Shown here: positions 58,063-64,000 of the stretch, piece after piece
Position numbering within the stretch: the stretch's first letter is position 1
Layout of the letters: every line of letters starts with the position of its first letter
NCBI GenBank assembly: GCA_030704615.1
Contig: CM060734.1
Span: forward strand, 24,862,001 to 24,926,000
DNA: 64,000 bases
Source: Takakia lepidozioides
Lineage: Eukaryota; Plantae; Bryophyta
Direction: 5' to 3'
Translations under genes and position numbers: made by a program
The notes under the pieces: generated by a model
The model's input: the letters and a program-made list of their open reading frames with translations, nothing else
Told to the model about the DNA's origin: nothing
Database searches by the model: none

Positions 58063-61000
58063 ATGAATGTTTCCAAAAACGAGGTCGCTCAAGAGCGGGA
58101 GGAATCCGAGGAGTCGGAGCCCGAGGAATCCTTGAGAGCTCCGACAAACCAAGAGATGCCTCCCATGCCGGCAGCCTTTTGGGAAGGGTTGTTGGCGCAG
58201 TTTGGCGGGACGTTGAAAGACGTGTTGAAGGCGGCTAATGCCACTTCCGCTAAGGCAAAGTTTAAGGTGAAGCCTAAGGAACCCGGCACCTTCGAGGGCG
58301 TTCGAAATCGGAAGGCACTCAACACCTGGCTCCTGGAGCTAGAGCAGTACTTCCGGACGGCCAAGTTGAGTGACGAGGATCGGGTGGAAGTGGCTCCCAC
58401 CTATTTGAGGGGCTATGCTCAACAATGGTGGCAGAAACGCCTTCACGACCGAGGCCCAAGCCCGGAAACCTTGAACTGGAGTGGGTTCAAGGAATTGATG
58501 AAGAGACAGTTTGTGCCCCTCAACGCATCCTGGCTTGCCCGAGACAAGATGAGGAATTTGAAGCAAACAGATGACATTCGGGGGTATGTCCAGGCTTTCA
58601 ATGTGCTGTTGCTCGAAGTCGCGGACATGGCAGAACCAGAAATGGTCTTCAACTTTGTGGCGGGGCTGGCCCCATGGGCCAGGCGGAAGTTGGAGGAGAA
58701 GCCACCCAAGACTTTGAACGAGGCAATTGAGAGGGCTGAATGTTTCTCGGATGTCCCTAAGGGTGAGAGACAAGGCCGTACGGAGCTGAACCACAAGAAG
58801 ACCCGGCGAGAAGGTGACTCCTTCCGACTGGAAAAGAAGTGGGATAGGCCACGCGGCAACAACGGCACGTGGAAATCGAAGGGAGGACCTTCACACGTCA
58901 AGGCGGCACCCGGTGCTTCGAAAGGAAAAGCGGGTGGAGCGGCTTATGGCGGACAGAAGGCGACCTTTGATGGAGTGTGTTTCAATTGCGGGGAGCCCGG
59001 GCACATGGCCAAGAAGTGCACAAAACCTCGTCAATTGAACATGACTCGGGCAACCACGGAGCTGTCGGAAGATACCATCAGTCGCTTGGTGGAAGCGGTG
59101 GTTGCCAGGACTTGCAAGGTAGGCAATTATTCTTGTGAGTTGTATCAGGAAACTGGCGCCCTGCGTAAAGGGAGTCAGTTATTGTTCGTGGATGGGATAA
59201 TATCCGGAACTAACGTGTCGTTGTTGGTGGACACAGGAGCGTCGCACTCCTTCATGACGCCGGCGATGGCGCGAAAGTTGGGACTCCCGACAAGTGACGT
59301 GGGGGCCTCTATTGAGGTGCGTTCTGCCAAAAGAGAACCACAGTTGGCGACAAGGTTGGCGTTTGATGTTCCTCTTCAACTGGGGAGTTGGGAGGGACGT
59401 GAGAACTTCACCATCTGCGAGATCGATGGAGTGGATCTCATTTTGGGGATGACCTTTTTGAGCAAATCCGGAGCGGTCATAGATGGCCGCAAGAGAGTGG
59501 TCACGCTGCCATGTGGGAATGGTGGCGAGGTTTTACGAGTGTCGGAAACGCCCAAATCCGTGGGAGGGCGAATAAACCTTCTGTCAGCAAGGGAGTAGGC
59601 CGTGGAGGAGGCACACGAGCCCCAGTTTTTGCTTTACATTAGAGAAGTGAAGGGAGAAGGCAATGGGGAGCCAAGCCCAGATTGGATCAAGGGGATCTTG
59701 GAGAAATACCGGGATGTGTTGCCGGAGGATTTACCAAGCGGCTTGCCACCGCGAAGAGGAGTTGACCACAAGATTGAGGTGATACCAGGATCGGAACCGC
59801 CTGCCAAGGCACCCTACCGGTTGAGCCACAAGGAGTTGGTCGAGCTGAAGACTCAGCTCAAGGATCTAATGTCAAAGGGGTACATCCGGCCGAGTAAGTC
59901 ACCTTACGGAGCCCCGGTGCTATTCGCAGACAAGAAGGATGGGACGCTGCGGATGTGTGTCGATTACAGGGCTTTGAATAAGGTGACTAAAACCGGTACC
60001 CTTTGCCAAGGGTCGACGACCTTTTCGACCGGTTGGCAGGAGCAAAGTATTTCAGCCGGATCGACTTGCGCTCCGGCTATCATCAAATTCGGGTGGCGGA
60101 AGGAGATGAGGAGAAGACCGCGTGCAGGCCAAGGTATGGTTCATATGAGTTCTTGGTGATGCCTTTTGGGCTCACTAATGCACCTGCGACCTTTAGCACG
60201 CTGATGAACAGCCTTTTCCAGGAGTGGTTGGATGACTTTGTGATCGTGTACATCGACGACATCTTGGTGTATTCGAAAACAAAGGAGGAGCACCTGGAGC
60301 ACCTCAAAAGGGTGTTCCAGAAATTGCGAGAAGGGAAGCTATATGCCAAAGCTTCAAAGTGCGAATTTGGGGTCACAAAAGTGGAGTTCCTGGGGCATGT
60401 GATTACACAGGATGGGATCAAAATGAATGACATGAAGGTGAGGGCAATTTTGGACTGGGAGCCTCCGACTTCGGTCCCGGGAGTGCGATCTTTTCTAGGA
60501 CTCGCCTCCTATTACCGGAAGTATGTGAGAAATTTCGCCAAAATCGCGGGGCCGCTGTCAGACCTTCTGTGTAAATCTAAATTCTGGGCATGGAACACCT
60601 TTTGTGGCCAAGCTTTTGCTGAATTGAAGCAGCGGATGGCGGAAGCTCCAGTCTTGAAAATCCTGGAGTTCAATCGTCCGTTTGAGATACATACAGATGC
60701 GTCGGACTTCGCGATTGGTGGTGTGCTGATGCAAGATGGACGTCCAGTGGCTTACGAAAGTAAGAAACTGAATGAAGTGGAGCGACGGTGGCCAACGCAC
60801 GAGAAATAGATGAAGGCGGTGGTGCACTGTCTTGAGCTCTGGCGCCACTATGTTGATTCCAACCCAGTGAAGGTGTTCACGGACAATGTCACGGTGAAGT
60901 ATTTTGCCACGCAGCCCAAGTTGTCCCCAAAACAACTTAGGTGGCAAGATACTTTGGCGGTGTTCGACGTGGATATCCAGTACAAACCGGGACGAGACAA

Positions 61001-62563
61001 CGTGGTGGCCGATGCTTTAAGTAGAAAGCAGCAGCTCTTGTTGGTGTACAAGGGCGAGACGACGCTCCAAAGGAAGATCCGGAAGGCTTGCCTAAAGGAT
61101 GAGCTGGCAAAGTCCGTGATACAGGACTTGAGGATGGGGGTTAAATCGCAGTTCCACTTGCAAAATGGACTGCTCCGGTATAAGCAAAAGCGTCTCTACG
61201 TGCCGAAGGGAGGGATCAGAGATAGCCTCTTGAGAGAATGCCATGATAGCCCGCTTGGGGGCCACAGAGGAGCCAAGCGCACTGTGGCACTCTTGAAGAA
61301 AGAGTATTTCTGGCCCAATTTGAGGGAGGAGGCGGAGGAGTATGTCAAGACATGCACCACATGCCAACAAAACCGGAGCGAGTACAAAAAGCAAGCGGGG
61401 CTGTTACAACCCTTGCCGATTCCAGAGGGGACTTGGGAAAGCGTCTCGATGGATTTCATGACTGCTATGCCGCTGTCAAAATGATTCGATGCAATCATGG
61501 TGGTGGTGGATAGGTTCAGTAAAATGGGCCATTTCATCCCCACCAAGGAGACGGCAACGGCGCAGGAGACAGGACGACTTTACTTCGCCCACGTCTTAAA
61601 GCATCATGGAGTCCCGAAGGATATTGTCTCGGACCGCGATCCAAAGTTTACGAGTAAATTTTGGAGGGCACTTTGGAAGAAGATGGGGACGAGGCTAAAG
61701 ATGAGCACCGCCTTCCGACCTATGACCGACGGCCAAACAGAAAGAGTGAATTCCGTAGTGAAGCAGATCTTGCGGAATTACGTGTCGGCAGACCAAACAG
61801 ACTGGGTGGAACACTTAGACGCGGCAGAGTTCTGTTATAATGACACAAAACACTCCGCAACGGGAGTTTCCCCTTTCGTATTGGTCTATGGAAAAGCACC
61901 TCTGGTGCCGACAAGTTGGGCCGCCCAGGACGTTGAGGAACCGGCAGTAGCGGCAGTATTGGAAGAACGCGAGCGTTTGTTGAAGCTCGCAAAGTACAAC
62001 ATTGCCAAAGCTAGGAAACGGTATGAAAGGCAGGCGAATCGGAAGCGGAGGGAAGTGAAGTTTGAGGCAGGCACGGAGGTCTGGTTGAACATCAAGAATT
62101 TCCGACTACCTCTGGAAGTGAGTCCGAAGTTCGTACCTCCGTATGCGGGACCCTTTCGCAATCGGAAGGTTATGAATGAGGATGTGTATGAATTGGAGCT
62201 GCCAGCAAACAGCAAGGTCCCGCAGTATTCCATGTCTCCCTTTTGAAGCCTTACTTCAAAGATGAAGCGCGTCCGAATCGGCATCAAGTGTTGCGTCCGC
62301 CACCTATGCTGTTGGATCATGAAAATGAACCTAAGTACGAGGTGGAGGCAATACTTAAGTCAAGGAGGTTCAAGAACCGAGAAACGGAGTATCTCGTCAA
62401 ATGGAAGGGCTATTATCATGTGGAGGCATCTTGGGTGCGTGCCTCAGAAATGGGAAACGCATCCGAGGCGGTCGCAGCTTTCGAAGGGCGACCTCAAAAG
62501 CGAATGGGGACATCAACCTTGGAGCGTGGGGGAGGAAATGCATGCTTAGCCCGGCTTAGCTAG
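58063..62563 (+). pseudogene. gag-pol polyprotein (Gag, CCHC knuckle, PR, RT, RNase H, integrase, chromodomain)
   Basis: CFNCGEPGHMAKKC; LVDTGAS; [18 protein letters not shown]; TDASDFAIG; HDSPLGGH..CTTCQ, SMDF, SDRD, DGQTERVN; GPF; chromodomain YEVEAIL...EYLVKWKGY. Stops at 59596, 60807 and 61482; frameshifts at ~59990 and ~62240. Confidence 0.95.
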
Positions 62564-63409
62564 CTTAGGAATCCGATTGCAAAAACTTGTATTGTACAAA
62601 ACGTGCTATAAATGAAACGGATTCCAAATGTTGTGCGTCCTATTTTGTTTGGAATGGTGATGCATGGTATGGTTGGCTAGTGTGTAGAATGCATGCTAGC
62701 TTATAGAAGTGGGAGAGGTAAATTGGGTTAATCGTGTGTTTGTGTAGTGCCAAAATCGGGTGACCCCCATCCGAGGGGCAAGGAAACTTGCGCCTTCTTT
62801 GGGAGTTCACGTGCTAGTGCGCATCGGGCGCGTGCGCGTACTATAACTGCGCTTCCGAGGGGGTTGCCTTGTAGTGCGGGCTAACGCGGAAGCCACGTGC
62901 TTCCGTTCACGTACTATAATCGTGTAGCCTCGGGACAAAGTCGTAGTGCGGCTTCGGCGTGTTCCCGTACCTCAGGCCAACATTCCAAGGCGGACCCAAT
63001 TGTAGTGATTGGGACGCACGGTTGGTTCAAAGTTATCTTCCTAGTCAAAGAGGGTTCCAGGTGAACCCTTGTTCAAGGTGATGCCAAAAGCGGCATAATG
63101 AGCGGTCGCAAGCAATGTTGTTGCAGTAAGGCGATTCGATCCTCGGGGAGGATCGTTCCTTGGCCTTGAAGTAGGCCAAGAAGAGTGCACTGGGAGGAGC
63201 TGGAGAGGCTCCACCCTTGGCCGGGACTTGGAGGAAGTCGGCCGAACTAGCTAGTGGAGAGTAGAGTTAAGTGTGGGGTTTGGTTCTTTGCAATGGGACG
63301 CCATGGTGCGGAAACAAACTCCTTGATGTGGGACGCCACAACTTGGATGTTCGTTTCTACAAAATGGACAAGTCGATGAGGACATCGACTCCCTGTTGGT
63401 AGGGGTGTG

Positions 63410-64000
63410 TGTCACGGCCCTTTGCCTTGAGGGCAGGGGGTCGGGTCACATGAGGGGCTGCCCCTGTGGTGGGGGCATCGGCAGCGATAGGTATGGGGGG
63501 CTGAAGCACCCTTGAGTGCCCAAGGCACTGAAGGAGGCGGAGGCGCTCACTAGGTGGAGCCCCGCACACCGGGTTGCGGTGGGGGTGGCTCCACAAGGGG
63601 TGGTGGTAGCTTAGCGGGACTTAGTGGGGGTGGCATAGGACTCACCATGGGGGCGGAGACCTCGTGGTGGGAGTCGTGGGGAGTCTTGGGACTCATCACG
63701 GTCCATAGGGGCCGTGGTGAGTGGGCCAAGACTCACCGCGACTCATCACCGGGAGTCGAGGGTTTTCGTGGTGGTTCGCCATAAAATGGCATGGCTGGTT
63801 ATGAAACCCCCACGGACAGCTACAGAAGTATATATAGGGAGTAGTAACCCCGAGAACGGTGCAAGCCCGTTGGTGACCAAAAACTAGTGAGTAAACTAGC
63901 GAGCGAGCCGGAAAGCAACCAAAGAGTGGGGAGCTGTTCCGGACTGCCATCTACCAAAGGGAATTCCACTAGTCCCAAATAGGTGGAGGGTTTAGTGGGA
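63410..64000 (+). repeat. 3' LTR of the chromovirus (cut by the window edge)
   Basis: Direct repeat of 57181 onward. Confidence 0.97.

Larger units (their letters stand above)
57181..64000 (+). mobile_element. Near-complete Ty3/Gypsy chromovirus (Tcn1-like), inserted in the 3' LTR of the DNMT-Gypsy
   Basis: 5' LTR 57181-~57905; PBS TGGTATCAGAGC (tRNA-iMet) 57906-57917; gag-pol; 3' LTR from 63410 to the window end, nearly identical to the 5' LTR. Confidence 0.97.

Overview
Transposon-rich nuclear DNA from a plant, most likely a non-seed land plant such as a bryophyte or lycophyte. That host call is inferred from the GT-AG introns, an ABCG11-clade gene, a PLS-class PPR fragment and a chromovirus. 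Only one host gene looks intact: an 11-exon ABCG half-transporter (minus strand, 28238-33659, about 721 aa). The rest is nested mobile DNA. The main finding is a 12.7-kb Mutator-like (MULE) DNA transposon at 7657-20388, with a 9-bp TSD (TGGAGAGAG) and imperfect TIRs, inserted inside an LTR. Head-to-head with its WRKY/GCM1-DDE-SWIM transposase it carries a spliced gene for a ParB/Srx-like domain fused to a bacterial-type beta-class DNA amino-methyltransferase (N4mC/N6mA fold). One intron of that gene holds a set of palindromes whose core recurs in a related non-autonomous element. The second finding is a decayed Ty3/Gypsy element (about 50.4-57.2 kb) with a C5-cytosine methyltransferase between protease and RT and a PHD finger after the integrase. 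Also present are a second, diverged MULE transposase, two large hairpin-repeat arrays, F-box-only mini-ORFs inside an LTR, TTAA-flanked piggyBac-like elements (one with a captured PPR fragment), Mutator MITEs, tRNA-derived SINEs, solo LTRs and a young chromovirus. All domain calls come from motif recognition by eye, with no database searches. Some frameshifts could be sequencing errors rather than decay.
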